Positions 19,158 through 29,918 of a DNA stretch of 64,000 nt are shown here, piece after piece. Numbering within the stretch: the first letter of the stretch is position 1; each line of letters starts with the position of its first letter. The position numbers and the translations under genes were made by a program. The notes under the pieces are model-generated. The model had not been told where the DNA came from and did not search any database. It saw nothing but the letters and a program-made list of their open reading frames with translations. This DNA comes from Negativicutes bacterium. Lineage in GTDB: Bacteria > Bacillota > Negativicutes > UBA1444. The stretch covers positions 64,001 to 128,000 of the forward strand of contig CAXXIN010000017.1 in NCBI GenBank assembly GCA_963665275.2. The letters are read 5' to 3'.

Positions 19158-20811
19158 ACTGGACCACCTCCTCCACGCAGAGGGCGCATCCGCCGTATAA
19201 TTCACGGGAAACCCGCAGCGCAGCCGGAGCCCGCAGCCCTGCCAGACGCAAAACCTCTTCGCTGGAAAACACGTCTCGCGGTGGAGCGTCAGCAACAATT
19301 CGTCCAGCCGTCATGACCACCACTCTCTCGGCGTAGCGGGCCGCGACCTCCGTATCATGCGTGCAGAAGATGACAGTCCCGCCTGAGGCGGTATATTCCT
19401 GCAACAGCGCAATAATATCGTCAATGTGTCCCAAATCCTGTCCGGTCGTCGGTTCGTCCAGCAACATGATATCCGGCTTATACGCCAATAGCGCAGCAAT
19501 AGCCACCCGTACCCGCTGCCCTTGGCTTAGCGCCAACGGGAATCGTTCTCCCATGCCGGCCAGACCTATTTTTGCCAGTAATAAACGCCATTCGCCATGA
19601 TCGGGCGCATTTTGGCCGCCATGATGCAAGCCGAATGTGATTTCTTTCTCTACAGTAGAATTAAACAGCATTAAATCCGGATTCTGCATAACCATTCCGA
19701 CCCGCCGGTCCAGCGACTTGACTACCTGTCCATCCACTATCACTTTTCCAGCCTGTGCCTGCTGCAACCCGCAAATATGATGCAACAAGGTTGACTTGCC
19801 TGCTCCATTGTTGCCCATAAGTGCGACAAATTGCCCGCAGGGGACAGTCAAATGGATGCCGTCAAGAATTTTTCGTCCCCGAGGATCGTATCGGAAGTCC
19901 AATCCTTGGATCTCTATCGCGATATTTTCCGTCGGAACCGGAATCGTTTTCACAGGCACTCGCACAGCCACCTCACACTTTGGATAAGCCTTGCGAATAT
20001 CGTGAACCGCATCCTCAACCGAAGCGCTCTGCGACAAAACACCCAGTCCGTGGCAAATATGGACTGGCTGAGGAATTCTCAGGCCCATATCCAGAAATAC
20101 TCCGGGGCTGCGGAACGCCTCCTGTCGCTTTCCCTGCCAAGAAATCCCTCCATTTTCCATTACCAGCACATGTTTGCAAAGAGGCATCACCTCATGCAAA
20201 CGATGTTCAACAATAATCAGGGTTATTCCAAGCTCCTGATTCAGTTTCTGCAAAACCTGCAACAATTCCATTGCACCGCGTGGGTCCATCTGGCTGATTG
20301 GCTCGTCCAACGCCAACATCTTCGGCCGGACGGCGAGTACTGCCGCCAACGCCAATCGTTGCCGCTCCCCGCCGGACAAGGCGTGCACACTGCCCTGCTC
20401 TCGCCCCGACAAGCCAACCCAACCCAGTGTTTCCTCCACCCGCTCTCGAATTGCCTGCCGTTCCATGCCCATGTTTTCCAGCGCGAATCCGACTTCATCC
20501 GCAACCGTTGTCGAAAATATCTGATCGTCGGGGTTTTGGAACATCAAGCCCACCGTACGGCTCAATTCTGCTACGGAGGATTGCAACGAATCCACCCCGT
20601 CCACCAGTACGCTTCCGCGTAGCGTTCCGCTGATTTCGTGGGGAATCAGCCCATTAAATGCTTTTAACAATGTACTCTTCCCACAACCGGTCGGCCCGGT
20701 GCACAAAATAAAATCGCCTGCTTCGATTGTCAAATTAATATTGGCAATGCTGGGAATTGATCGAGTCTTATAAGTAAAAAACAGGTTTTTGCATTCCACA
20801 ATCCCGGTCAT
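19120..20811 (-). CDS. ECF transporter fused double ATPase (A-A')
   Basis: Two Walker A motifs (GPTGCGKST, GNNGAGKST), QNPD Q-loops, LSGGE and LSQGQ signatures. Confidence 0.93.
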   Translation of the reverse strand: MTGIVECKNLFFTYKTRSIPSIANINLTIEAGDFILCTGPTGCGKSTLLKAFNGLIPHEISGTLRGSVLVDGVDSLQSSVAELSRTVGLMFQNPDDQIFSTTVADEVGFALENMGMERQAIRERVEETLGWVGLSGREQGSVHALSGGERQRLALAAVLAVRPKMLALDEPISQMDPRGAMELLQVLQKLNQELGITLIIVEHRLHEVMPLCKHVLVMENGGISWQGKRQEAFRSPGVFLDMGLRIPQPVHICHGLGVLSQSASVEDAVHDIRKAYPKCEVAVRVPVKTIPVPTENIAIEIQGLDFRYDPRGRKILDGIHLTVPCGQFVALMGNNGAGKSTLLHHICGLQQAQAGKVIVDGQVVKSLDRRVGMVMQNPDLMLFNSTVEKEITFGLHHGGQNAPDHGEWRLLLAKIGLAGMGERFPLALSQGQRVRVAIAALLAYKPDIMLLDEPTTGQDLGHIDDIIALLQEYTASGGTVIFCTHDTEVAARYAERVVVMTAGRIVADAPPRDVFSSEEVLRLAGLRAPAALRVSRELYGGCALCVEEVVQYVQQTSLGSNAC

Positions 20812-20814
20812 TGT

Positions 20815-22485
20815 TCAATCACTCCCCACGTCGGCCAAGCGACTGCCGAGCAATAACCCGCACCCCGCTCCAATCATCGTATAGAAAAAACCGTTGACCG
20901 CCATCACCATGTAGATATACCAATCCGCATAATAAAGTCGATATAGTACAGCCATCCCCTGCATTGTGACATAGGTGGCTGCTGTGTCCGCCAGTGCGCA
21001 GGCCAGCGCCAGTATAACCATCCTGCGAAGTGTAAAGCGTATTGGTTCCGCCTCCTCCATCCGGGCCGATGTAAAACCGGTGGCAGCCAACGCCAATTCA
21101 AGCAGAAAAGCATTCACACCATAAGACAGCAATACAATCGGCGACATGTGTCCAAACGCGACCATGCCGAGCAGCATACGGATCGCCGCCATCAATGTAA
21201 CTACGCCGTGAAGCGGGATCAGGGTAATCAACGCACCGGTCAGCATATACAGCATGACGCCGCTAAACATCCCTGTAAGCAAGAAGCCGAACGGGCCGAG
21301 AAAAATATGAAAAAAATCATTCAATAACGTTGAAGGAACGTTCACCACCGCAAAAGCGCAGGTTCCAAACAAGGCGATCGTAATCAGGCGACGCGTTTTC
21401 ATGCCGGCCAGTACGAACGGCAATCGCTTGGCAATCAACACCAGAAACGCCAGAAGCATCAGCAAGGCAATTCCGAGGGTAAACAAGCCCCGCATGTTTT
21501 TCTTGACTACCACGATAGGCGTCTCTCGGGACCACACTTGAGTCTCGCCATCCTCAACCGTGACCCGCAGCAAATATTTTCCCTCGGTCAATAGCGATTC
21601 ATCGGCATAAATCGGCAATAACAACCGTTGCCGCGCCTCGCCGGTCAAAGCGACAAACGCTGTCAATCGCTCCTGATTTGCCGCCATCGCGCCTGCCCCG
21701 TCGTTATCGGAATTACTACCGGGAGTGTATAAGCCGGGGACTTTTCGATGAGTGTTTTTATCGAGAAGTTCCGCTTCCACTATCACCAGTTTTTGCTGCC
21801 CTGCAGGATTGCTGAAATCCAGTCCCATATGGCTTACTGGATGGATGGCCTCTATTTCCAGATTCGAAACGCCCTTGCCGCGCAGTATGTTTTTGAAATA
21901 GTCCAGCGAACGGTCGCGCAGCACCAAAGCACTGCCATTTTGTTTCTCATCACGTTTTCCATCTTTGTCCAGCGGCAAAACAATTTGTTCAAAAACCGGA
22001 GCTTGTCGAGGTGAAACACCTGAAGCCGGAGGTGCTACCGTCAAGGCAATACTCTTTGACATTCCATCAACAACAAGCCGAATCGGCTGTGCGCCAATTA
22101 CCATATTTTCATCGACAGTCAGCGTCAGAAAATCAAACCACTGACCATAGCCGCCAGCTAGTACAACAGTTTTTGTAATCGCCTGCCCACTCTGCCGAGA
22201 TGCCATCTGCCAGTTTTCCTGTCGCTCCGACAAAGTAATCCCTGCAGGAAAAAGGATTTCGACTGGAACGATGCGTTCTTGCGAGGCGGTGTTCTCAATG
22301 CTGAAAACCGCATGAATGGTTTCCCCCGGCGCCGCTGTCATTTGGTTCCGCCCCAGTGAATAGGGAATCTCCAGCGTTGCGTTGATCCCTGGCGCTTCTG
22401 CGGCCAGGCAAGGCAATGTTCCCCATAAAACTAGGCCTGCCACATATAGCAGGTTGAAATGTTTCAGCCATTGGTAAATCCGCAT
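20815..22485 (-). CDS. Probable ECF substrate (S) component fused to a large exported N-terminal domain
   Basis: Signal peptide, ~300 aa soluble beta-rich region, then ~7 TM helices starting near MKTRRLITIALF, typical of S components. Adjacent to the ECF A and T genes. Confidence 0.65.
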   Translation of the reverse strand: MRIYQWLKHFNLLYVAGLVLWGTLPCLAAEAPGINATLEIPYSLGRNQMTAAPGETIHAVFSIENTASQERIVPVEILFPAGITLSERQENWQMASRQSGQAITKTVVLAGGYGQWFDFLTLTVDENMVIGAQPIRLVVDGMSKSIALTVAPPASGVSPRQAPVFEQIVLPLDKDGKRDEKQNGSALVLRDRSLDYFKNILRGKGVSNLEIEAIHPVSHMGLDFSNPAGQQKLVIVEAELLDKNTHRKVPGLYTPGSNSDNDGAGAMAANQERLTAFVALTGEARQRLLLPIYADESLLTEGKYLLRVTVEDGETQVWSRETPIVVVKKNMRGLFTLGIALLMLLAFLVLIAKRLPFVLAGMKTRRLITIALFGTCAFAVVNVPSTLLNDFFHIFLGPFGFLLTGMFSGVMLYMLTGALITLIPLHGVVTLMAAIRMLLGMVAFGHMSPIVLLSYGVNAFLLELALAATGFTSARMEEAEPIRFTLRRMVILALACALADTAATYVTMQGMAVLYRLYYADWYIYMVMAVNGFFYTMIGAGCGLLLGSRLADVGSD

Positions 22486-22498
22486 GACTTCTCCCCTA

Positions 22499-23185
22499 CT
22501 ATCGCAAATCAAAGACCACAGGCAATGTAGCCCAGGCTGCCACCGGCGCCCCTTTTTGCAACGCCGGGCTAAAGCGCCAGGACCGAACTGTGCGTTGCGC
22601 CGCCGCATCCAGTTCCCCATAACCTGAACTACTCACTACCCGGACGTCTTCCACCCGTCCTTCCGTATTGACTAGTATCTGAAGTTTGACCGTTCCTTCC
22701 CAGCCTTTAACCCGCGCATTTTCCGGATACTCCGGTCGCCCGCCCTCAACGATTCGCGGCCCCCGTGTCGGTCCGGATCCGCTTCCTGTGCCCGGTCCCA
22801 TTCCCGTTCCTTGCCCAGCGCCGGTTCCGCCACCCGTCCCGCCGCCGCTCCCCCCCGAGCCGCCTGCGCCGCCGCGGCCTCCCGCCGGTGCAGCCGGAGT
22901 GGAAGTTGCTGCCGATCGAAGATCCGTCACTCCAGCGAAGCTATTATGGGATTGTGGCGCAGTTTGATTATCCGCTGGCCTTGGCGCGCCCATTGGCGTA
23001 CCGCCTCCCCCGGCAGCTCCATCCACCGGCGAAAGCAATTCGGCCATTGTCACTTCCACATAGATCGGCTGGCGTGACTGAACAGCTTCCCAACTCCAGA
23101 ACGCGCCCGCCGCCGCAACCAAAATGACATGAAGAAGCAGCGAGCCGACCAGTGCCGCCCGCCACCGCTTTTGATCGTCCATCAT
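22499..23185 (-). CDS. tonB: TonB energy transducer
   Basis: N-terminal TM with SLLLH, Gly-rich linker, C-terminal PEYPENAR..EGTV..SSG..LDAAA..WRFSPA. Confidence 0.9.
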   Translation of the reverse strand: MMDDQKRWRAALVGSLLLHVILVAAAGAFWSWEAVQSRQPIYVEVTMAELLSPVDGAAGGGGTPMGAPRPADNQTAPQSHNSFAGVTDLRSAATSTPAAPAGGRGGAGGSGGSGGGTGGGTGAGQGTGMGPGTGSGSGPTRGPRIVEGGRPEYPENARVKGWEGTVKLQILVNTEGRVEDVRVVSSSGYGELDAAAQRTVRSWRFSPALQKGAPVAAWATLPVVFDLR

Positions 23186-23586
23186 CAACCTTTTGGGTCC
23201 ACGGCAAGCGAAATTTTTCCCGCACCGGCGCGTTTCACGGCGTCAATGACTTCCACCACTTTGCCGTGATGGGAGTCTTTATCTGCCTTGATGAAAACCA
23301 GCGGGTGGCTGTGAACTTTCGCCGCCACAGTTGCCGCCAGTTCACCGACCGAAACCTGTTGATCGCCCACCGCGATTTTCCCGTCCTTGTTTACCAGAAC
23401 CGTGATGTGTTCCGGCGGCTGTGGCGTACCGCTTGCTGCCTGTGGCGGCGTGATGTTGAAGCCGGGGTGGGCCGCCAAAAAGGTCGTAGACATCATGAAA
23501 AAAATCAGCAGCAGCATCATGACATCGACCATCGGTGTCATATCAACATGTACCGGCGCATGGGGTGATTCCCTTCGATAACGCAT
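23185..23586 (-). CDS. exbD: ExbD/TolR biopolymer transport protein
   Basis: DMTPMVDVMMLLLIFFM and IKADK motifs. Confidence 0.92.
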   Translation of the reverse strand: MRYRRESPHAPVHVDMTPMVDVMMLLLIFFMMSTTFLAAHPGFNITPPQAASGTPQPPEHITVLVNKDGKIAVGDQQVSVGELAATVAAKVHSHPLVFIKADKDSHHGKVVEVIDAVKRAGAGKISLAVDPKG

Positions 23587-23603
23587 GGAAAGCTCTCCTT
23601 CCT

Positions 23604-24194
23604 CTAGGCGCCGGCGCGTCGGACGATCTCGCCGACGCAGCCTTCGGTCCAGTGCAGCAGCCGTTCTACCCGGTTGCGAAAATGATTGTTGGCAATGATG
23701 CACGGGATAGCGACCAATAGCCCACCCGCTGTATTGTACAGGGCTTCGGAAATCCCTTCCGCCAGCATTTGCGGATTTCCGAGGCCAGTCATTGATGCGG
23801 CCTGAAAAGTTTTGATCATGCCCAGCACTGTGCCAAGAAGTCCGAGCAACGGCGCCACCGTGGCAGCTGTGGTGAGCATATACAAGTTGCGCTCCAGCAC
23901 GGGGATTTCCGCCCGAACGGCATCATCCACCGCGTTCTGGCGAGCTTCCCTTTCGGCCGGAGGAATCACGGCAGCTGCTTCCCACATTTTAGCGAACACC
24001 GCGTTCTCCGACCCACGATACAGAACTCCGGCGCTGCCTGACGCCGATTCTTTCAGCCAATCCCGGAAGGTCTTGGCGGCCGCATCGGCTGATCGGTAAA
24101 ATAATCCTCGTTCGATAATGACCGCGCAGGCCACCAGAGAACAGGCCATGATAACGACAATGACGTAGCCGCCTTTGGCGATGATTTCTAACAT
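23604..24194 (-). CDS. exbB: ExbB/MotA/TolQ proton channel
   Basis: APLLGLLGTVLGMI and GISEALYNTAGGL motifs. Confidence 0.92.
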   Translation of the reverse strand: MLEIIAKGGYVIVVIMACSLVACAVIIERGLFYRSADAAAKTFRDWLKESASGSAGVLYRGSENAVFAKMWEAAAVIPPAEREARQNAVDDAVRAEIPVLERNLYMLTTAATVAPLLGLLGTVLGMIKTFQAASMTGLGNPQMLAEGISEALYNTAGGLLVAIPCIIANNHFRNRVERLLHWTEGCVGEIVRRAGA

Positions 24195-24203
24195 GAGCTC
24201 CTC

Positions 24204-26259
24204 CTAAAAATTCTGGGTCAGTTTCAGGTAAAATGCCCGTTCCGGCGTAATATATCCGCCATCATTCGTATAATCAATGCGGTTGAAAAGATTTTCGACG
24301 CGTAGCGTCAATTGCGTATTTTTTGTAACATCATAATTGAGCATCAGGTTCGCTTGCAGGGATGGGGGTATCGCACCTGAGCTGACGGTAGCTGGAGCGA
24401 TCGGAGACAACAACTGTCGCATCCCGACATAGGTCGCCGCCAGACTTCCCGACCATTTCCCCTTGCGGTAATTCAGACCGGCATTCAATTGCAAGTTTGC
24501 CTCCGACTGTTCCCATTCCGCAGCGTTCTGTGTCTTCGCTTCCGGGTTGCCATACATAGCACCCAGGGAAAACCCCCAGCCGCCTTTTAGCGACCGTGCA
24601 TATTCAACTTCCATGCCCAGGTTGCGGAATTGGGCGTTTTGCGATTGGTAATTTTTCACGGTCGAGGTTCCCAAATTCACCCATTGGTGCAGGTTGGAAA
24701 AATCCAGCTTATAGACGGCCACTTTTAAAGAATCCGATTCGCGGATTTTTTTCCAGCCGATTTCATATGTCCAGCCCGTATCCGGTTCCAAACTCGGATT
24801 AGGAATTGTTAATGTTGAACTGGAAAACATCGCCGTCCAATTTGGCGCCCGGAATGATTTGCCCACATTCAGATATAACGACTGATCTCGGTTTAGTTTG
24901 TGCAGTATTTGAAACTGCGGACTGACTTGCCCATAATTATCCAAATTATTTTGTTGCGCGATGATATCCTGTCGCAATCCAAGGATGAAATTCGTCTTGG
25001 CCGACAGCGGATGATCGATTTGTCCGAAGAACGAAAACAGGTCGCGCTGTTTCAGTGGTATTGCAGTAGTACTGCCTAAAAACACATTGGTTGAATAGGT
25101 GTCTTTTTGCCAGGACAATCCGGCGGTGTAGGATCCAAACCCGGTTTTCCAGGTGCTTTGACTATCCGTGCCATACGTCTGCATATATTGCCTTGAATTC
25201 GATGCAGTCAACTTGGCTCCATTTGTGCTTAAACTGGCGATCGGGGCTGTGTTGGCTTGGTTTCGCACCAGCCCGTTGTAGTAAAGTTTATGTGTCCAGG
25301 AGCCGGAGCGGATTTGCAACGAAGTGATATCGTTGGCGTCCTGTTGCCACATGGTTCCCAGGCTATCGTCCTGTTTCCAGGCCTTGCCCGCCAATCCACC
25401 TGTGGACGCAACCAGTTTTGACAATTGAAAGGTATCGTCGATATGTCGATAATTCCACGTAATTGCATCTGTAATCGCCCATGTAAAGTCAAAGGTTTGC
25501 TTCGACTCATAATCGAAGTTCGTATAATAAGGCGCATAAGCAGTGGTCGTGGTCGTTGTCTTGCCTTTTGTTGTCGTCGTCGTAGAAGTGCTGTAGCCCG
25601 GTCGCGTCGTTTGCATCGCTCCCATGTTTCCGGTATAGTCGCGATTATAGGATACATAGAACTTCCCTGCCTGCAGTGAAAGGCTTTCCCGATTCGTGCC
25701 AAAGCTGCCGACTTCTACGGAAGCACTGCTTTGTCCAGATTTCTTCGTAATGACATTGATAACTCCGCCCATGGCCGCGCTACCATATAACGTCGATGCG
25801 GCTCCTTTGACAATCTCAATACGCTCTATGCTGTCGGTGGGTATATTCTGCAGTTCATACTTTCCATTCCAATTGATGGGGATTCCGTTAAGCAACACTA
25901 ATGCACTTAGATCTTTCCCCATGCCCCGGATGGAAACACCGCCGGTCATACCGCTGTAAAGCGATCCACGCGCGCCATAGGTATCAATCGTGACCCCAGT
26001 GGAAAACTTCAGCGCTTCCAGAACATTGGTCGCGCCGGTCTCCTTTATTTTTTCGCGGGTCAGCACCTCCACGGCGGCCGGCGTCGTCAGTTCTTTTGAT
26101 TCACGCCGCAAAGCAGTCACCAACACCGGATCAAAACTGTATTCCTGATTTTCCTCCGCCATCGCCAGGCCCGATGTCACGAGGCACAATACTCCCTGCC
26201 ATCAACCCCGCTACAGTTCTCCGCGACCAATTCCGGGCCCACTTCTTGCTCAGCTTCAT
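24204..26259 (-). CDS. TonB-dependent receptor (BtuB-like), frameshift in the signal peptide at ~26195
   Basis: Plug motifs SIRG, LLNGIP, IERIEIVKGAASTLYGSAAMGGVINVITK; VENLFN; C-terminal LTQNF. Probable true start MKLSKKW at 26259 with a GAAGGAG RBS. Confidence 0.9.
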
Positions 26260-26340
26260 TCTCGCAACTCCTTCAAAAATCATATGCCCAAAGTCTCTAT
26301 TTCTAACCATTCCAAAAGATTGGAACGTTGATTTTTTTAT

Positions 26341-26420
26341 GGAGGCCTCCCCCTGAAAAGAGACCTCCGGCTAATGAATCCACGCCCTAGCTAAAAAGAC
26401 GTGAAATTCGGGTAACGCTA
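26341..26420 (-). repeat. Conserved two-hairpin noncoding element, copy 2
   Basis: GCGTTACCCGAATTTCACGTCT-loop-AGGGCGTGGATTCATTAGCCGGAGGTCTC-loop-GAGGCCTCC. Confidence 0.75.
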
Positions 26421-26508
26421 TAAAAAAAGAATAGCTCCCTGGTGTGGGAGCTATTCCGGACAGCTGGCTGTCTTTTGATAAAAAATCCCGGCAAAATATG
26501 CCGGGAAG
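26421..26508 (-). terminator. Two consecutive terminator hairpins in the riboswitch 5 leader
   Basis: TCCCGGCATATTTTGCCGGGA-TTTTTT and GAATAGCTCCC-ACACCA-GGGAGCTATTC-TTTTTTT. Confidence 0.78.
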
Positions 26509-26571
26509 AAGTTCAACACAGGAGCTGCGCCAAAATCCCCTCCCCATCGCGCGTGGGTAAAACGGTGATTG

Positions 26572-26744
26572 TCAGACAGGCAGTTCTCCTGGCTCTGGAT
26601 CATAGCTCGCCCAAACCTTCCCAAGATTTTTCATCCCAGTGGCATTTGATGGGTTTGCTCCCCAATACAGTGGCGGGACCGCGCCGGCATTACAACGGAC
26701 TTCCCTATTAAGCCCCTCAGGGCACCTATCCCGATATGAAATTG
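26572..26744 (-). ncRNA. Cobalamin riboswitch 5
   Basis: Core nearly identical to riboswitch 4. TTGACA promoter element at ~26794-26799. Confidence 0.95.
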
Positions 26745-26873
26745 TCAAAAGAATTTATACTACGTACTGAATATTATCACAGAGGTTTTGGAGTGTCAAT
26801 CGCATTTTCACCTGCGCAAAACATAGTACACACTTAGGCAGGAAAGTTAATCAATAAAGGAATAGTAATTCCT

Positions 26874-27587
26874 TTATTGATCATCTAATACTCCCACCGT
26901 CTTCAACCGGTCCTGTTTGAATCGTTCGCAGTAAGAATCGTAAGTATAAATTGCCGCCTAACGGATTGTGCCCCATCACCCTGTCCTTGACTGCAAACAC
27001 TCGTGATCTAAGGCTTGAGAGTGTATTGATGAACATGGAGTCATGCCCAACACACAGCCCTAACAGAATGTTGAAATTCTGTATGGGCTGCGTTGAGCAC
27101 TTCCGCCTGCGCAATTGGATTGCACATCGACTCCGGCTGTCCGACCTGGACCCGTTCGTTTGCCGCAATATCGATGGCGTCTTTATCTACCCCGCCAACC
27201 TTGCACATGACGGAAACAACTTCAAATCCATGGTCTTCCAAAATTTTTGCAAAACACATTGGCTTCTTTGTGCAAGCCGCCGCAAAAAGCCACTCCCAGT
27301 TTCTGATACCCCATTTTGCGGGAAAACTCGATGATTTCCTGTACTCTCGGTTTGACAGGGAATTTATAGGCAGGATTTGCGCCACGGTCAATATAACATT
27401 CCGCTTCCTGCACCGAAGCGTTGTGCGCGAATTTTCGAATGTCAGGTTTCTCATATTCCGCCGCTGCTTTTTCAATCGCTTCCGGATACAGCTTGGTGGA
27501 GCAAAATGCGGGAGCAATCCCGTCTTTACTCCGGCAATACCTTGTTTTCCCCATGCACTGGGCACATTTCCCATCTGTTTGCGTCAT
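26874..27587 (-). CDS. DUF1847-type Cys-rich metal-binding protein (several frameshifts)
   Basis: CAQC, RVQEIIEF..KLGVAFC, MCKVG, MCNPIAQA, GLCVGHDS and VKDRVMGHNP across three frames. Confidence 0.8.
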
Positions 27588-27647
27588 ATCCAATATCTCC
27601 CCTCCTGTTCTTGAGTCAGTCACTTTTCTCCCCACCCAAATGTCCCA

Positions 27648-28101
27648 TCAATCATATCTCAATCGAGTTTCTTCATCAACCAGCAATGTATCAATATAAT
27701 CCGGGCAACCGGGCGGCGTCCAGCTTCCCAGCGGGGTTATGAACTTTATAGTATTTTTCCGGAATCGGATGAGTCCCTACGACCACTTCCAGCCCGAACC
27801 TTTGTTGAATAAATTCGCGAAAATATTCGATATGCGGACACGGTGGATAACCTACCACCATTCCTGTCGCCAGATGAATCACCTGCGCTCCGTTCTTTTT
27901 CATTTCTTCCGGAGAATATTCTATATTGCCGCCTGGACAGCCACCACAACTTGTAAATCCGACGACTTCGACTTTCTTTCCCTGATAACGCGTAAACGCA
28001 CCTTCCCGCTCTTGAACCGCGCGGAAACACTTGCCGCCGGCGCACGTTTTGTAGCGATCGCATATTATGATCGCTACTTTAACAGCTGCTGAATCATCCA
28101 T
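27648..28101 (-). CDS. CGGC-domain protein (C-terminal frameshift)
   Basis: CAGGKC, FTSCGGCPG, YPPCPH, VGTH. Confidence 0.85.
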
Positions 28102-28135
28102 ATCACAAACCTCCCCTTTCATTTCCGTACCGATT

Positions 28136-28165
28136 CAAAAAAAGAGGGGCGTTCGCCGCCCCTGA
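28136..28165 (-). terminator. Intrinsic terminator
   Basis: AGGGGCG-GCGAA-CGCCCCT followed by CTTTTTTT. Confidence 0.75.
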
Positions 28166-28186
28166 CTGATGTCACTTGTTGACCTG

Positions 28187-29893
28187 TTACCCCTTTGTCG
28201 CAGGCAAACGGCCAAGCCAGCAGCACCGCCTTCAATAACTTTAACATCGGTTAAACCCTTCGCCTTCCAGGATGCATTCCGCTTCATACCCGCGCAGGCT
28301 GATCTTGCAGAAGGCAACGATTTCATCCCCTTTGCCCAGCTCCGCCATACGGTTGCGCAGCTGGCCCAGCGGAATATATTTGACATTCTTGCAGTCAGCC
28401 AAACGGACCGTCTTGCACTCGTCAGGCGTGCGTACATCCAGAAATACCGTATTCGGCGATGCGAGCTTTTCTTTGGCTTCCAGCGGGGAAATCCCTTTGA
28501 ACTTGCCCTCAATTTTATTCATGAGGGTATTGGCTGCCACTGCCGCATTATCGATCGGACTGTTATATGGCGGCGCATAGGACAAGTCTGCGTCGAACAA
28601 ATCGTCGATGGTTCCGCCAATGGTCATCAAAGACGCCACCACATCAACCCTTTTTGCCACTTCGCCTTCGCCGAAGGCTTGCATCCCTAAAATTTTTCGC
28701 GTTTTCACTTCGGCAATCAGCTTGATGGTGATCGGCTTGGCGCCAGGCATGTAGTGGGCCCGGTCATGCCCGGTTGTCATCGTGGTGATATATTCGTAGC
28801 CTGCTTCTTTAGCCTCCCGCTCGGTCAGACCACTTTTCCCGATATTCAGCTCCAGCAGCTTGACGACTCCTGTGCCGAGAATTCCCCGGAAACGGACATT
28901 GCTGCCACACAGATTCTCACCGATCACACGGCCATGTTTATTCGCTGTCGATCCCATAGCCGTAAACATTTTTTTGTGAGTGATCATATGCGTATTTTCA
29001 GCACAGTCTCCACCGGCATAGATATCCGGATCATTCGTTTGCATCTGCTCATTTACGGCAATAGCGCCACTTGGGCCAATGCTCAGACCGGCCATTTTGG
29101 CCAGTGCCACATTGGGACGTACGCCGACCGCCTGAATCACCACATCGGCTGCCAAGCTTCCCTTATCAGTCACGACTGAATGAACTACACCATTCCCGAT
29201 GAACTGCGTCACTTTTTCATTGGTCCGGACTTCAATGCCTTTTTCCACAGCATATTTTTCCACGGCCAACGCGATTTCCAGATCCAACATGGCGGGGAAA
29301 AGTTGGGGTTGCATTTCGATGACGACCGTATGAACTCCCCGACGTTGGAACGCTTCCGCCATCTCGATTCCTACGAGTCCTGCGCCCATCACGACGGCAT
29401 TTTTCACTTTGCCTGTTTCGAGCAGTTCACTTACAGCCTTTGCATCATTCGGGTGCCACATCTGAAAGATATTTCCGAGTTCAACGCCCGGCAATGAAAG
29501 TTGAATCGGCGATGCTCCGGTGGCCAGCACCAGCTGGTCATAGGGCATTTCCGATTGTTCTCCTGTACTCAGGTCTTTAACGGTGACTTTCTTTTGGTCA
29601 CGGTCGATGGAGAGCGCCTCGGAACGGGTGCGAATATCGATGTTTTTCGTGTTCTTAAAAAACGCCGGCGTCCGTACCACCCCAACGGGGGTCATCAACA
29701 GGTGCTGGATTGACTCAACATCGCCGGAAACGACATAGGGCATGCCGCAAGCTCCATAGGAAATCATCTCGCCTCTTTCCAACACAGTAATTTGCGCATC
29801 TGGATCACCTCGTCGCGCTTTGGCTGCAGATTTAAGCCCCGCAGCCACAGCACCGATGACCAGGATCTTTTTAGGTTTGCTTTCAGGCACCAT
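28187..29893 (-). CDS. CoA-disulfide/persulfide reductase with C-terminal rhodanese domain (CoADR-RHD/Npsr type)
   Basis: GAVAAG, SYGACGMPY redox Cys, GAGLVG, SYAPPY and rhodanese DVRT...FCKISLRG. The last ~20 aa are frameshifted. Confidence 0.9.
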
Positions 29894-29918
29894 GCTGACA
29901 GCTCACACTCCTCTCAAT

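Noticed and set aside
410-26744. Dispersed ~200-bp repeats as MITEs or a CRISPR array
   Set aside because: They have the B12 riboswitch consensus, no terminal inverted repeats or target duplications, and no repeat-spacer periodicity. No CRISPR array, tRNA or rRNA was seen in the window.
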